From NCBI GenBank assembly GCA_040357565.1, contig JBDODJ010000053.1: 64,000 nt of DNA; one strand, given 5' to 3'. This stretch comes from Cercozoa sp. M6MM (Eukaryota; Protista; Endomyxa: Ascetosporea). Below the pieces are notes generated by a model. It was not told where the DNA came from and ran no database searches. It saw nothing but the letters and a program-made list of their open reading frames with translations. Both the position numbers and the translations under genes were made by a program. Position 1 is the stretch's first letter. Each line of letters opens with the position of its first letter. Shown here piece after piece: positions 28,470 through 42,000 of this stretch.

Positions 28470-28681
28470 ACCGATTGCAAATTAGTAGATTAGTGGTCGT
28501 TTGCTGTTTGATGCTATTTTTTAAGTTTTTATTTAAGGGCGCTCCCAGTTATTTTTTGGTGGAATTCCAAAACAGCGTGCTAGGAGCGCCTTTTAAGAAC
28601 CGTGGGCACCTGTGAGCTACCTAGCACACGTAGTCAGTGGAGGATTTTGGCCTTTGCTAGTTCTAAGGACAGGCGGAGCGC

Positions 28682-30903
28682 ATGAGGAGAAACCGCGTGG
28701 GTCGAAACAATGGCCCGTTTGGCAGCATGCGTGATGTACGTGTTCGCATTGTGTTACCGAACGGACGCTTCTTGGACGGAAAATTTCACCCCAGCGTAGC
28801 TGTCTCCCATTTGTAATGCACATGGCATCTGCAGCACTGGTCATTCACAGAAGTCGTTGTGGCACTGTTTGGACGTGTTGGAACGCCGGCATGGCGTCAA
28901 TCTCACCAAGGCATTCTTTTGTTCCGTGTGTTGATTGAGCGTGGGTGATGTGTGGTGACAGGTGACCCATGAGGGTAAGTACCAAGCACCGTGCCTTGAA
29001 GTCCTGGCCTCAAAGCGCCGCTTCGACGGCATTGACACTCTAGCCAAAACACGAGTGAAAACAGTCGCCGTCGCTGGTGGCACTAAGATGCAGCTGCACT
29101 TTCTGCCGACACATGAGTCGATCGACTCCGTTGTGTTTCCGGTGCTTTCGTCCTCCGGTGTGTCCTCTGTTGTATTTGTGGAATGGTATCATTGTGCAGG
29201 GCGAAGAAGCGCCAGTGCCTCTCTCTGCTGACACCATTAAAGTGATGCCTCAACACGTGCGAACGAAGCCAAAGCAATCGGATCCCGAGCATCCAATTGA
29301 ACGCACCGAGAGGCTGCTTCGCGCACTGCTCGACACTGCTCGTAAGTTAACCTGATGACCTTTCATGCGTCGTGCTTGATTCAAAAACTGGGCCCTTGTG
29401 ACAACAGCTGATCGCAAACAGTGTCTCAGCGCGGTTCGGGTCATCTGTCGCAATTTGTTGGCCCATCCAAATAAGGTACTTTTAACATGCGATGCTCTTT
29501 TGCAGTTTGCACCTTCCCGTTAAAAATAGGACAAATACCGCACGCTGTCGCTTTCGAACCCCAACCTGCTGCAGCGATTGGGTACGTTGCTGTTTGCGGA
29601 CACGCTTAAAAACACCTGAACACCTGGTCTGTTGCATCCTAGCAGGTGACAAAGCCTCCGTGAAGCAGTTTCTTGAGTCGCTCGGCTTCCGCGTGGAGGC
29701 AAAGGGATCAATGACAGTTCCGCGTGGAAGCGAAAATGCAAATGTTCTGCGTGTTACCAGTGACGTTTTGTGTCACACCGTGCAGTGGTACCGTTGTTTT
29801 TTTCTACATTTTGTTCAAAACAGAGTGTTTGGAATCCCTGATGTCTGGACAGGCACGTGCACAACTACTCCAGGTGGTCACAGCACCACGGCGTTGAAAG
29901 GTTTCGTAAACCTCTTAACCTCTTCACTTAGTGTTATCGTATGTACCCCCTTCCTGCTTGTATAGTCCTTCCGACGAAAGCAGCAACTGTAGTATTGGAA
30001 CCATTCAAAGCACCGACGCGTCGCTGCTTCGACGCGCACGAATCGAAACTGAGGAAGCGCGGGTATCTTTTGCAGTCTGTTTTGCTTGTGTGCGTGCCTG
30101 TGTTGTACATCCCATGCTGTAGGTAAGGAAATACCCGGATATGTTGATTCCAAAATCGCTTCGACAAGGCACAACCCGAGTACGTCCTGTTCTCGTTGCA
30201 TTGCAACCAGGATTGCTGCAGTTGCATCTCCTGTGCAGGTATACTCTCACATCATCGTGCGTGTCGTCGATCGTGCCAATCAGCGAGTGTACGAGGCTTC
30301 GTTTTTGCCGCAGGCGACTGAGCATGAAGGCAGGTCATAAGCAGGGACGGCTTTTGCCAGGAGTGAGGAACGCGTGTGCTTGTGTGCAGTGTGGCGCCAG
30401 TTGTCGTACCTGGCTTCGCAACTCCAGCACGCCGACTCTCTTTTCGAAAGTCTTCGACTGCCGCCCAACACAACTCTGCTCCGAGAGGTACAGTAGGTTT
30501 ACTGACTGACACAAAACACCTTTGCTACGGAGGCACAAGTAGGGCACACGCACGCTGCTCGACCTCGGCATGGCACCCTCGGCAACGGTAGTGCTGCAAG
30601 CGGCGCCATTCGATTTGTACCGAGAAGTTCAAGTGGATGCAGACCCTATCATGCAGGTGTGTTGCCCTAACTGCAGCTGCTGTATCTATAGCACGCGTTT
30701 TCTGTTTCTAGGTGGCGCATGGACACACAGAGACGCCCAAAACAGCAGCAACGGCACAGGTTGACCTGCGTCGACTGCACCAACAGCACGCGCAGAGGGA
30801 GGCGCGCCTGAAGCACAACGACGACGCCGGCAGCAGCAAAAGTGGTGCGTCCGCCACTCGCGGTGCCAGCGGCGGTAGTCGGCGGCCTAAGTGGCTGCGC
30901 TAG
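28682..30903 (+). CDS. TUG/ASPL-like p97 cofactor with ubiquitin-like, PUB and UBX domains, spliced
   Basis: VRVRIVLPNGRFLDGKFHPS|KSLWHCL (UBL), ICRNLLAHPN.DKYRTLSLSN...FLESLGF (PUB), RVRVVDRANQRVYEASF (UBX-like), C-terminal RRPKWLR*. Confidence 0.7.
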
Positions 30904-31258
30904 CTCGAGCTCGTCGACCAGTCTTTTTCCAGTTGAGTCAGTCCAAAACGCTACATCGTACGCTTGCCTGGCTGCAGCGTAGCAAACGACCCGCCCGTAT
31001 CACCATCATCCTAGCTAGTGTCCTATCAAACAATTACAAACCTTGCAAAAGTTATCAAATCATTTTGGAGGGGAACAATAACTACATCAGTGTCTTCCGG
31101 CACATCGAAGTGAAGCGAAACGGAATCATCTTTGCCGACATCGAGAGCAGCGGAACTGCGTCGGAAACTAAATGTAAATTACTCGCGCCAGTGATATCGG
31201 AATGCACAAGGACATCCTCTTTTTGCTTCGATGATACATCGTAAACCAACCGGTCAGC

Positions 31259-31302
31259 CTGGGTTCGTCCCCACGGAGACTGCATAATCTGAGTTAGTCT
31301 GT
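31259..31302 (+). repeat. Dispersed ~45-bp repeat, copy 1 (SINE/LINE-tail-like)
   Basis: Its reverse complement ACAGACTAACTCAGATTATGCAGTCTCCGTGGGGACGAACCCAG matches 63903-63951 and 48824-48855. Confidence 0.75.
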
Positions 31303-31394
31303 CGTGTATCATCCCGCCCGATATAGTACCGTATGGTACTCGACTCTTTTTGCACTGTCAGAGCCTGAATTTCTCAAAGGCTTCGGTGACAAGC

Positions 31395-32033
31395 TAACTA
31401 GCGTAATGGGGTGTGGCGGGGTTTTCCGAGGCAAAGCTGTTACTGTCAACATCAAACAACCTACTCGGCTGACTACTTGCTCCGCGTGGAAGCAACTATC
31501 AGTCATGCCAAATAAGAATTGAAGTGTTTTGCTAAGGTTGAGAGCTGGTAACCTAACAATTGAGTGCTGCCTAGCTTGGCATACCCTGTGTTTGGTAAAG
31601 TGGCGAAGCTTGAAACTGCTGCAAGAATTGAATAAAGGCCTCTTTCCAATACCAGGTACCTCAGGGATTCTGTGCTTGTTGACACCAAAGCAACTGACTT
31701 GCTCTAGCTTGAGCAGGCAAGAGGTTTTTTTTCTTTTGTTCATCATCGAACAAGCCCCTCAACACTCTCGACTGTAACGACGGCCCTACCTTGGGGTAAC
31801 CTTCTCTCTTCTGATATCTTTCGATTTATTGAGACGTCGAACGAACACTAAATTAAACGACCTTACATTCTTACTTTCTTTAGTCGTTGTCTTCACTGAA
31901 ATTGACAATCTCTCAATCAACAAAGCCGAACCTCCCCAAAATATCTACCCCCTTAGCCTCTTTACCCCTTACCCTCTCGATTTGATTCTGATTTTGCCTC
32001 GAAAGACCCCGCCATATCCACTTAACGGTAGTA
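31395..32033. mobile_element. Degenerate MITE-like element with ~40-bp imperfect terminal inverted repeats
   Basis: TAACTAGCGTAATGGGGTGTGGCGGGGTTTTCCGAGGCAAA (31395-31435) versus the reverse complement of 31993-32033, TACTACCGTTAAGTGGATATGGCGGGGTCTTTCGAGGCAAA. Non-coding interior. Confidence 0.6.
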
Positions 32034-32092
32034 ATTTTATCGTTTCTTCGCTATCGCATGCAAAATTCCGTTCCGTTTTGACCGTTTGATCA

Positions 32093-32146
32093 GAGTTCAC
32101 CGGCGCACCCGAGTTCACCGGCGCACCCGAGTTCACCGGCGCACCT
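32093..32146. repeat. 3x 18-bp tandem repeat GAGTTCACCGGCGCACCC
   Basis: Directly visible; the third copy ends ...CACCT. Confidence 0.9.
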
Positions 32147-32181
32147 CTGACTTAAATCGCCATCACGTTGTTTGAATTTGC

Positions 32182-35100
32182 TCAGCGACGGCGGCGGTAA
32201 CTGCGGCTGCGGCTGCGGCTGCGACTGCGACTGCTACTCGCATCACACAGACCCAGACATAGACACAGGCACTCAGACACAACATAGAACCAAAGATACC
32301 GAGAGCGCGAGTACGAGCGACGGCGACCGCGATCGCGACTTCTGCACAAGAACGGAGATCGCTCAGGCACAGACAAACTACTTCCACATTGGTCACCTTC
32401 GGCGGCTGCGGCTGCGCGAGCGACTGCTCGAAGGAGAGCTGCACAAGCGAGAAATGTGATAAAATGGCCCCCCCCCCCCCCCCGCGGCGGAAAGCATATA
32501 CCGACGACGGCGATCGCGCATCAACAGCGCCTTCGCCTTCAGCTTGCTGTCCCTGAGCAAGCAAGTTCGATACTTGTCCTCTCTGAACTCATCCATCATC
32601 AGGCCGTACATATTGTCATCGGCGCCACCAGGCAGCGGACGCGACGGCGGCAACGGGCGGTCGCTGTAGCACACAGAAGAATACACGCAGGTCAACCACC
32701 ACAAGCACCTAAGCTGGTGAGTACCGCGACGGCGAACGCGAGCGCGAGCGCGAACGAGGCGATCTAAAATGTACAGTATGTCCACAGATGACACAGAACG
32801 ATACCACGAGCCGAGCAGTAGCACACCTCGAACGCGAGCGCGAACGGCGACGCGAGCGCGATCTACAAGAACACCAAAAACATTGGGCAACGGGCAACGA
32901 AGAAAAAAAAACCATAAGTACCTCGAGCGCGAGTACGAGCGACGACGGCCACGGCTGCGGCTGCGACTGCGATTAGAACTACAACCACGAGTGTACAAAC
33001 ACACACAGGGAAGTGGACTGTTCAACGACATACGCAGAGGAGTCCGAGTCCGAAGACGACCAGTCCGACGAGTCCTGTGTGCAAGCATTTAGAAGACTGG
33101 GCATACATCGGGGCAACAAGATACGCTAAGCGACGAGTCCGACAGGTCCGAGTCCGATTCCTGTCAAACAATCCCAGACGTAACTGTACACAGCATACAC
33201 GGGTAAGGGACAAAGACAACGCACCTCAAGTGCGACGCGTTCGCGCGCAATGCGTTCAGCACGCGCCTCGGTCAGTCGCTTGCGCTCCTTGGCCTGTGCA
33301 AACGGGGATACAATAGACACCACATGGCATATGACGGGGAGGGGGGGGGCACCTCATACTCACGCATGCCACGGGTGAGTTCACCGAGTCCACAGTTGAC
33401 TGCGCATAGGTACACAGTACAGGGGACACTTGACACTGCACAGACACTGTGGTACCAAAGAAGTTGATGGCGAAAACAACATTCGTCAAAGGTGGTTGCA
33501 TCGGAATGATGCCCTAACAACAAAGCAGTGTCCTCAGAACATGCATACAAGGAAGGATATGCAGGAGCGTACCTTCAGGTAAGGTCGCAGTTCGGGATCC
33601 TGCCAAAGGAGAAAGTACAACGGATAGAAACAAGCAGACAGAACGAAGGAAGCAACCTCAAGACGGCGCAGCAGCTCCTTCATGCCAAGGTGCTCGTGCA
33701 ACGACTGGAACAGGTACCTGCAAAAAAACAAATTTTGTATACGTCAACACACAGTTATGGGTATAAGGCAAGGCATAGGCAAAGCTACTTGAGGTAGATA
33801 CGCGACGCAGCGGTCGTGTCCTCGAACGTGAGTCGAATGTACTCGAACACACTCCACGGCAGCGCATCCGTGAACAGCAGGTGCGCAACTACAGAACAGA
33901 ACACCGGGATCAACACTGTGTGCCCAAAGCAAGGCAGATGGTATTACACAGCCGAGCAACGTTCTCGAGTCGCTTGGTCTCCAAACGGTGCGCCAGCTAC
34001 GTCGCCGTCATGAGCGAGCAACACTATCCACAAGACAGAGCAGACACAGTACCTGGTACTGCCGGCCAAACAGCTCGTCAAATGCGGCCTTGTAGTCGAC
34101 CTGGATGCAGAAAACACACACACATACAACACGTAGAAAGACACATGGCACTCAGGCTACGAACGAGTCTACCTGAAGCTTGCACAGACGCTCGGCCAAC
34201 AGACCGTGGTGCTTGATGTACACCTGCAAGAAACGCACAGTGCGCATCAGATCACACGCAGCAAACAAGTGAAACACGCACGCACCTTTTCGTACGCCGT
34301 CTTCTTGACGATCATTTGCGCAACCAGCGGAATCACGTTGGGGCGATCCAGGTACTACACAGCAAGGCACGGTGTCTTCGTCCCGGCGCACAAAGAAAAT
34401 CAACACTGGAGCCTGTGACACCTTCATCAGCTTGTGCGCAGTTTCTTCGAAGTGAATCGACGACATCTGTTATACGCACACACAGAGTATGAAACACACA
34501 CAACAGCGAGGTGACAAAGGTTGCAAGCACCATGATCTGGAAGATGCGTTGCTGCAATGCGATCTGCTCCTCGTCACTCATGTCGACGACCTGCAGGTTG
34601 CCACCTTCGGCGTTCGTAAAGGCCGTGGCGGGCGCCAGTGTCGACTTCAGTTGCTCCTGCCCCTGCTCTGGCTGCGCGCCGCCTCGCACCAGTTCGTCCT
34701 CCTGTTCCACAAACGTGCATAACAGAGATACACACCACACAATATGCCATGATCAAAGTGTACAAGGTCAGCGTCGTCAAGGTCACTCTCGTCACTCTCG
34801 TCGCTGCTCGCTTCGCTCTCGCTCTCGCCAAGGATCTGATTTGACAGAGTCGTACAAGTACTTGCACGCATGAATACCAGCACCACGTACGAAGAAAGTA
34901 AAGCAAGGCTACCTCATGCTTGATCTCGCGGTAGAGTTCCTCGTTCATCTGGAATTCCGGGTCGAATTTGAACACGTCGAGCTCTGCAACAAGAGTAAGT
35001 CCAGTTGGGATTGGTTTAAATGTACGGCTAAAGTACGCTTCTCGACATCCGGCTTCTCATCCAGATTCAGCGAGTCTGTACATCAGACAAGAATACCTGC

Positions 35101-35398
35101 GAATCATAGTTCACAGAATGACCGCAAAATTAGGCTACGCGTGATGGCGTCGTCGCTTTCCACCAGATCCAACGCTACAAAACAGTATTTGACTCGACTT
35201 GTTGTCTCGGAGAAACGATAGAAAAACAAGTACCCTCGGTGACACGCGGGTACTTTTCGTAATCGTTCTTGCGCACAGCGAACAAGGCCTGCACGCTCAA
35301 ATGGATACGGTCCTTCTTCGAGAGAAAGAAGCAGGCGCTACCTCGATGGTGTACTGAGTACGCTTCTCGAGTCCCTCGCCCTAATTTGCAGTATTAAC

Positions 35399-35449
<51 letters not shown>

Positions 35450-36924
35450 GCACACACACACACACGCACGAACACGCACGCAAGCACACACACACACGCA
35501 CACACACAGTACAAGTAAAAGGCAAACGCACGTCCTGGAGAATGTTGCGCAGTCGCTCAAACACGGAGCGCTCACCCTAAGACATAAATAGCATGACAAA
35601 ACGATACTGGCCGATGGCGAACGATATAACAACAATGAGAATATGGGCTACCTGCGGCGACAGGAGCTTCAACGCGGCACCGCACTCACGCAGGAACGTG
35701 ATCGCCACCTACAGAGTGAGAATAGAGCAAAATGGGAGTCGAGGCAAACAAGGAAAATACCTCAACGGAGTCATCCGTCGGGTTCTCCAACAGAAGGATC
35801 AGCAATCTACACAGTCAGCGTGTGCAACATATGACAATCAACTTTCTCAGTCAACCGTACTGGAGGGCAAGCAGTTCGGCAGCCACGTACTACGCGTGTG
35901 GACATTAAAGACACCGGCATACATACAATACGACACACATCAACAAGGGGCATACCTGGTTGACGAGGTGGGCCAGGAAACGCACCAGCGGCAGCAACAA
36001 CTGCTTGTTGTTTCGCTTCCACGCGCGCTACACATACACAGCAGCAAGATACCACTACACCCAAGACACACCGACATACAAAGCACCCAGATACCTGAAT
36101 CTGGTAAACGACACGCGATAGCAGCAGCTTGCCGAGCTGCGGCACCTACTCCGCAAGACAGAAACAATGAGGCAACACAGAGAAACAGTACTGCTAAGTA
36201 TGAGTAGGCTACCTTTGAGTTTAGCACAGCAACAACGGCGGCGTACACCGGCGACATCGAAGGCGCACTCAACTACACACGCACACACAGCAAGAAATTA
36301 CCCAGTGCCAAAACACAGTATATAACTGACCAGAGCACGCATCACAGAGCGGCAGAACAGACCGCGGCCACGCACCTGGTGGAAAAGCCAAACACGCATA
36401 TACCTCTCTTCCAAGGTACGAACCGAGAAGAAAGTTACAAGGTTCTGCTGGAACAGCTCGACAACGATCTCGCGAATGTTGTCGTCAGCCACCTACAAGA
36501 AACAAGTATGTTTGTGTGCAGCAACATTTGGGTTATTGTCTACCTTGTTCACGAGGCCGTGAATGGAGCGACGCAACGCCTCCCAGCGCACGCGCTGGTA
36601 GCCCTGTTCCCCACGTTACACTTCTTCAAAACACAAAAAAACAAAAGCACAGGTTGAGCTCAATTCACCTCGTCCTGCGGGCCGCGCTGCGCCAATGCCT
36701 GTTCGATATGAGCACATTTAACAATCAACAACGCAGCCAAATGTATAGGCGTACCTCCAATTCCGCGCGACGGCGATGCGGCGGCACGTAGACGCCACCA
36801 GCGCGTGTGGAAACTAGCCGTGAATAAAAAAAAACAATCCAAAAAGCAAAACAGAATGCATATCACTCGCATTAAAACATCCACACAGTGTTTCACACAG
36901 TGTTGCAGTACCCTGGGCACTCAT
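32182..36924 (-). CDS. CWC22: Pre-mRNA splicing factor CWC22 (MIF4G + MA3 + C-terminal RS domain), spliced
   Basis: RAGGVYVPPHR, YQRVRWEALRRSIHGLVNK, VRGRGLFCRS, VYAAVVAVLNSK, FKFDPEFQMNEELYREIK, IMSSIHFEETAHKLMK, FAINFF, LGELTRGMREY, then SR-repeat exons. Confidence 0.95.
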
Positions 36925-37260
36925 GATGACGACGCTGCGTTCAGAGGGTCGAGTTATCCGTCACTTGAATTAACAGGACACACGACACGTGAGAGCTTAG
37001 TGCCACCACGTAGGTACTCACTAAGTTGCTCTTGTCACGCGGAACACCGTGGCGTCTCGATAGCGTCCCCGCCAACATTTTGTCGCACCCTTAACTTTTT
37101 TGACGCTTCCTTAAATTCTAGAGAACAGAAGATCTAGCCGTCTGCCGGGCCCCAGGCGTGTACAGTGGCGCGTGTGTGTGAGCTTCTTTAGGTCAGGAGT
37201 AGTCGTGAAGCCTCTATTGGCGCGTTTTCTCTTTTCTGAGAAAATCCACACACAGCCACG
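36925..37260. promoter_or_regulatory. Putative bidirectional promoter CWC22/RPB1
   Basis: 336 bp between divergent start codons. Contains CACGTG and TTGGCGCG words; their function is inferred only. Confidence 0.5.
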
Positions 37261-39022
37261 ATGGTGCGATACCAGGGCACCCAAGAGGATGACTCCCAAA
37301 TGGAGAAGCGGGACGTGCGTCGTGGTACACCTTTAGTTGCCCAAGCACCTCATAAAATACCATTATACCATCATTTCACGTTCCAACAACACGCTTCGTT
37401 CGTGTATGTTTTTGTTTCTGCCACACAGTGCAGTTCGGTGTGTTGTCACCTGATGACATCCGCGCCATGTCTGTTGTCGAGGTACTGCACTTGTTTTCTG
37501 TCGTTGTATCGTCGATAAACATCGTCGACACAGGTGAAGTTCGCTTCGACTTTGGACAATGGCGTCCCAAAACCACACGGTAAGTTTCCTCTTTTGTGTG
37601 TCGTATCCGTCTACACTTTGATGGGTTTTATTGTACTGTAGGCTTGCTGGACCTTCGCATGGGTACTACAGACCGCGGACAGACGTGCAACACCTGTACG
37701 ATTCCAATGAAATCAGTTTGTGCACCCTGTTATACTCGCTCTGTTTTGCAGGCGGTGGCGACATGAACTCGTGTCCGGGTTAGTTCTTTACTCTCAAGCA
37801 ATCTGTGTGTGTGCACATATGCATCTCTTGATTACAGGCCACTTTGCCCACATTGAGTTGGCGCGTCCGTGCTTCCACATCGGTTGGATGAAGCAGGTAC
37901 CTTTTGATAACCTTGCTTATGTCAAGGTCTTTCCGTCTATGGTTGACACGAAGGTGATGCGCATTCTCCGATGCACGTGCTTCCACTGCTCACGTCTGCT
38001 CATTGGTATGCCATCGCCATAGATATGTTCTGTCTGGCATTGTTTGTTTTGTGTCTCTGATTTCATGTCCGTGTTCTGACAGACCCGTCCAATCCGAAGC
38101 ACAAGGCCGCGTGGACGCGTGTGCTGCGAGAGGTACTCTCTCTCTCTGCGCTGAAGACCATGATGTTTTGCTGATTTACAATTCACAATGAGCAGACAAA
38201 CCCGAAGAAGCGACTGGCTGCTCTGGCTTCTGTATGTTCACTCTCAATTTCGCCCTGTCTGCGTGTCATTCAAACGCGTGCGTACAGGTGTGCACACGCA
38301 TTAAGCGCTGTGGCGACCGTTCTTCAAACCAGGACGAAGCGTCGCACACAGGCTGCGGTGGACACCAGCCAACGTATCTTCTCTATTAAGGCAGTCAAAT
38401 CTAGGATTTGAATTTCCTTGCAGATATCGACGGAAGGAAGCGATCAAAATCGAAGCGCGCTACGACGAAAAGGTCGCTCTCGAACGCAGGTGAATTACTC
38501 TTTGTTCCGTTTTTAGCTGTTCGAAAGTATTCTACGCTATCAAATGACAGCGTGGACCGTGTTCGCATGCTGTCGGCGCAGAAAGTGCACTCGATCTTCA
38601 AGCGCATCTCTGTAGAGCACCCTTCTTGTTTAGTGGACATCTGGTCTTGCGATGGTGTTTGTGTTATGCGGACAGGAACAAGACGCGCGTGTGATGGGCT
38701 TCAACCCGGCGTTTGTGCGGCCCGAGTACCTTGTGCTCACAGTCCTTGCCGTCAGTCCTCCGGCAGTGCGTCCGTCCGTGTCGGTCGGCGACACTGGCAT
38801 GTCCAGCAGTGATGACATCACGCACAAGCTGGCCGACATCATCAAGACGAACGAGCAGCTGAAGCGTCGGCAGGCGCAAGGTGCTGCCTGTTGCTTGTTT
38901 CGTTGTATTTCTGTGGATGCAACACGTATGCATAGGCGTTGCCGAGCACATCCTGTCCGACCTTGTGAACCTGCTGCAGTACCACGTGACCACCATGGTC
39001 GACAACGAGGTACGTGTTTGCG

Positions 39023-39077
<55 letters not shown>

Positions 39078-42000
39078 GTGTGTGTGTTCAAGGCGACTGT
39101 ACACCCTCTGTGTGTTCCAGGTGCCTGGCCTGCCGGTGGCCAAGCAGAAGGGCGGCAAGCCGATCAAGTCACTCCGACAACGACTCGTAACTTTCGAATT
39201 GTTACCACGAGCACTGCGCGAGCACTGGGTGTATGTGCGCTAATGTAGGTCGGCAAGGCTGGCCGCGTTCGTGGCAACCTGATGGTACTAACTGTTGGAC
39301 TTCTATTTTCTTGAATGTGACACTGTGCGGTGATACAGGGCAAACGCGTTAATTTCTCGGCGCGAACGGTCATCGGAGGTGATCCGAACCTCTCCATCGC
39401 ACAGGTACCATCTGCATTTGAGTCCTGTCTCCCGTGTTCGAGATATCATCTGGCTCGACACAGGTCGGTGTGCCGAGAAGCATCGCGAAGGAACTCACCT
39501 TCCCAGAACGTGTCACCAAGTACCTTGTGCTGCGCATGTGTATGATTAGTGGGTTCTAATACAAACGTTGTAGCTTCAACATGGACCATATCCGCCGTCT
39601 CATCGATAACGGCCCTGATGTGACTTCCTCTCATAGATACGGCTAGCCTCACTTTTGGTGCTTTTGTATTCTATGTGTGCCACAGAAACACCCAGGCGCT
39701 CGCACCATTATTCGCAATGACGGTGTGCATTATCCAGGTCACTATAATTACCTGCCAGTATTATGCATGCTGGAGCAGGTCAGCTGATTGACTTAAATTA
39801 CGTGCGTGCTCGTGGTGACCTGCACCTTGAGGTATGTGCATGTGCGTCACATGTGTCAGTATCTGTGAAGCTCTGCCCCTACTTCTTCGCAGACTGGCTA
39901 CGTGGTCGAGCGACACATTCAGGACGGCGACGTTGTCATCTTCAACCGTCAGCCGACGCTGCATAAAATGTCTATGATGGCACATCGGGTCAAGGTATCC
40001 CACTTTTGCGCATGTATGTATGGTGCTCTTGTTTTGTGAGGCTAGTGTTTTTCCAGATCCTACCGTACTCAACATTCCGACTCAACCTGTCCGTGACGAC
40101 GCCGTACAACGCCGATTTCGATGGTACCGATCTGCCTTCCAGTGTCTCCGTCTTGTGCTTTGGTAACATCCGGCGATCTAGGTGACGAAATGAACCTGCA
40201 CGTGCCGCAGTCGCACCTCACGCGTTCCGAGTGTCTCAACCTCATGGTCCACACAATTCAATGCGCACAAATACTGCCGCCTTGTTGGACACGTTGGGGT
40301 CTCTGAGCAGGCTGTGCCACGCATGATTGTGACGCCGCAGTCAAACCGTCCTGTCATGGGCATCGTGCAGGTACCTAGACCTGACCAGGGCAGCTTTGTT
40401 TGTTGCTGCGACTGCCCTGATGTGTCCTGGTGTAGGACACACTGCTCGGCGTGATGAAGTTCACCAAGCGCGACATGTTCTTTGGTATCTACCAGCAGTG
40501 CCTTCTGTACCCCCCCCCCCCCATTTGTATGCGAACTGATGCATGCCATGCAGACAAGAAGGACGTGATGAATCTGCTGATGTGGCTTGACACCGATGAG
40601 AAGGAGTCGTCTTGGGACGGCAAGCTGCCAATGCCTGCAATCGTGCATCCGACGCCGCTTTGGTCGGTACCGCGTGTTCCTCTGTTGTGAACACAAATCT
40701 GTGCATCCTCGCTCTCATACGCTCAATCTGACAGGGCAAGCAACTCTTCAGTATCGTGACACCCAAGGTCAACATGGAGGTATGCATTGCTTTTAAGACC
40801 GGCCTTGTTCGTGGATCGCCTGATCCGTACCGTAGGGCACCTCGTCTACGCACCCCGATGATGAGAACGACTACCTCTCGGTCACGGTACCTGCTTTCCT
40901 CGCAAACTTGTGCTCTATCATGTGCTCTTTGGAACGTAGGACACGCGTGTGCGCATCGAGGACGGCGACCTGCTCATGGGCATCATCGACAAGCGAACGC
41001 TCGGTACGTGGTCTTGCGTGTTTGTCTGACCAGTGTTTACACTGCTGCCGCCACACAGGTCGCTCCATGGGCTCGTTGATCCACGTCATCTTCAACGAGA
41101 AGGTAACTGCTCCCCGTTTCACTTTGTGTACTTTGTATCGCTCACGCACTTAGGGACCGAACGCGTGCAAGCTGTTCGTTGATGAGGTGCAGTTGCTGGT
41201 GACGTCGTTCCTGCTGAACTTCCAGTCGATGACCATCGGTGCTGCGCTGGCTCCGCACCCACTGTCTCACCGAGTTGATGTGCGTGTCTGTGTACAGGTG
41301 TGGGTGACACCATCGCTGACTCGCGCACGCTGCGTCGTATCGACCGCACCATCGGCGCGGTACGTGTGCTGGGTCCTGTTCTCTGTTGTCTGAGTGGTGC
41401 CCATGTAGGCCTACACGGATGTCGACGACGTGATCGAGCAGGCGCGTAAGGGAGATTTGGAGCGTGATCCTGGTACTACTCAATGATCGCCGTCCTGCTT
41501 ACTTGCGACGACTTGAGTCTTGGCGTAGGTGAAACTCTGGTGTCCACGTTCGAGAACAAGGTGAACCGGCTGCTAAACGAAGCCATGAACAAGACTGGTA
41601 CTTCTTCTGCCAGGATAGCGACCGTGCGGGTACGTGTGCATACCTGCAGGTAAGGCGGTCAAGGCCGCATTGCGCCGAGACAACAACATCAAGGCAATGG
41701 TCGAGGCCGGCAGTAAGGGCAACCTCATCAACGTCGCCCAGATCATCGGTATACCCTTCTCGGATTGTACCTGTGTTTTCTGCGTGTCATACCCGCATGC
41801 GCACAGGCTGTGTCGGCCAGCAGAACGTACAAGGCAAACGAATTCCGTTCGGTTTCCGCGACCGTTCGCTGCCTCACTTCACCAAGGGTACCCTTCACGC
41901 AGTCTCGTTTGTGTCCAGTGCACGCATGTGTGTGATTGGTGTAGGTGATGTCGGTCCTGCCTCGCGTGGCTACGTATTGCACCAACATTTCTGGTGATGA

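Noticed and set aside
31259-31302. Hammerhead ribozyme (GTCTCCGTGGGGACGAA resembles stem II-GAA)
   Set aside because: No CUGANGA core precedes the stem.
32093-32146. CRISPR-like array
   Set aside because: Direct tandem copies without spacers, no cas genes, eukaryotic context.
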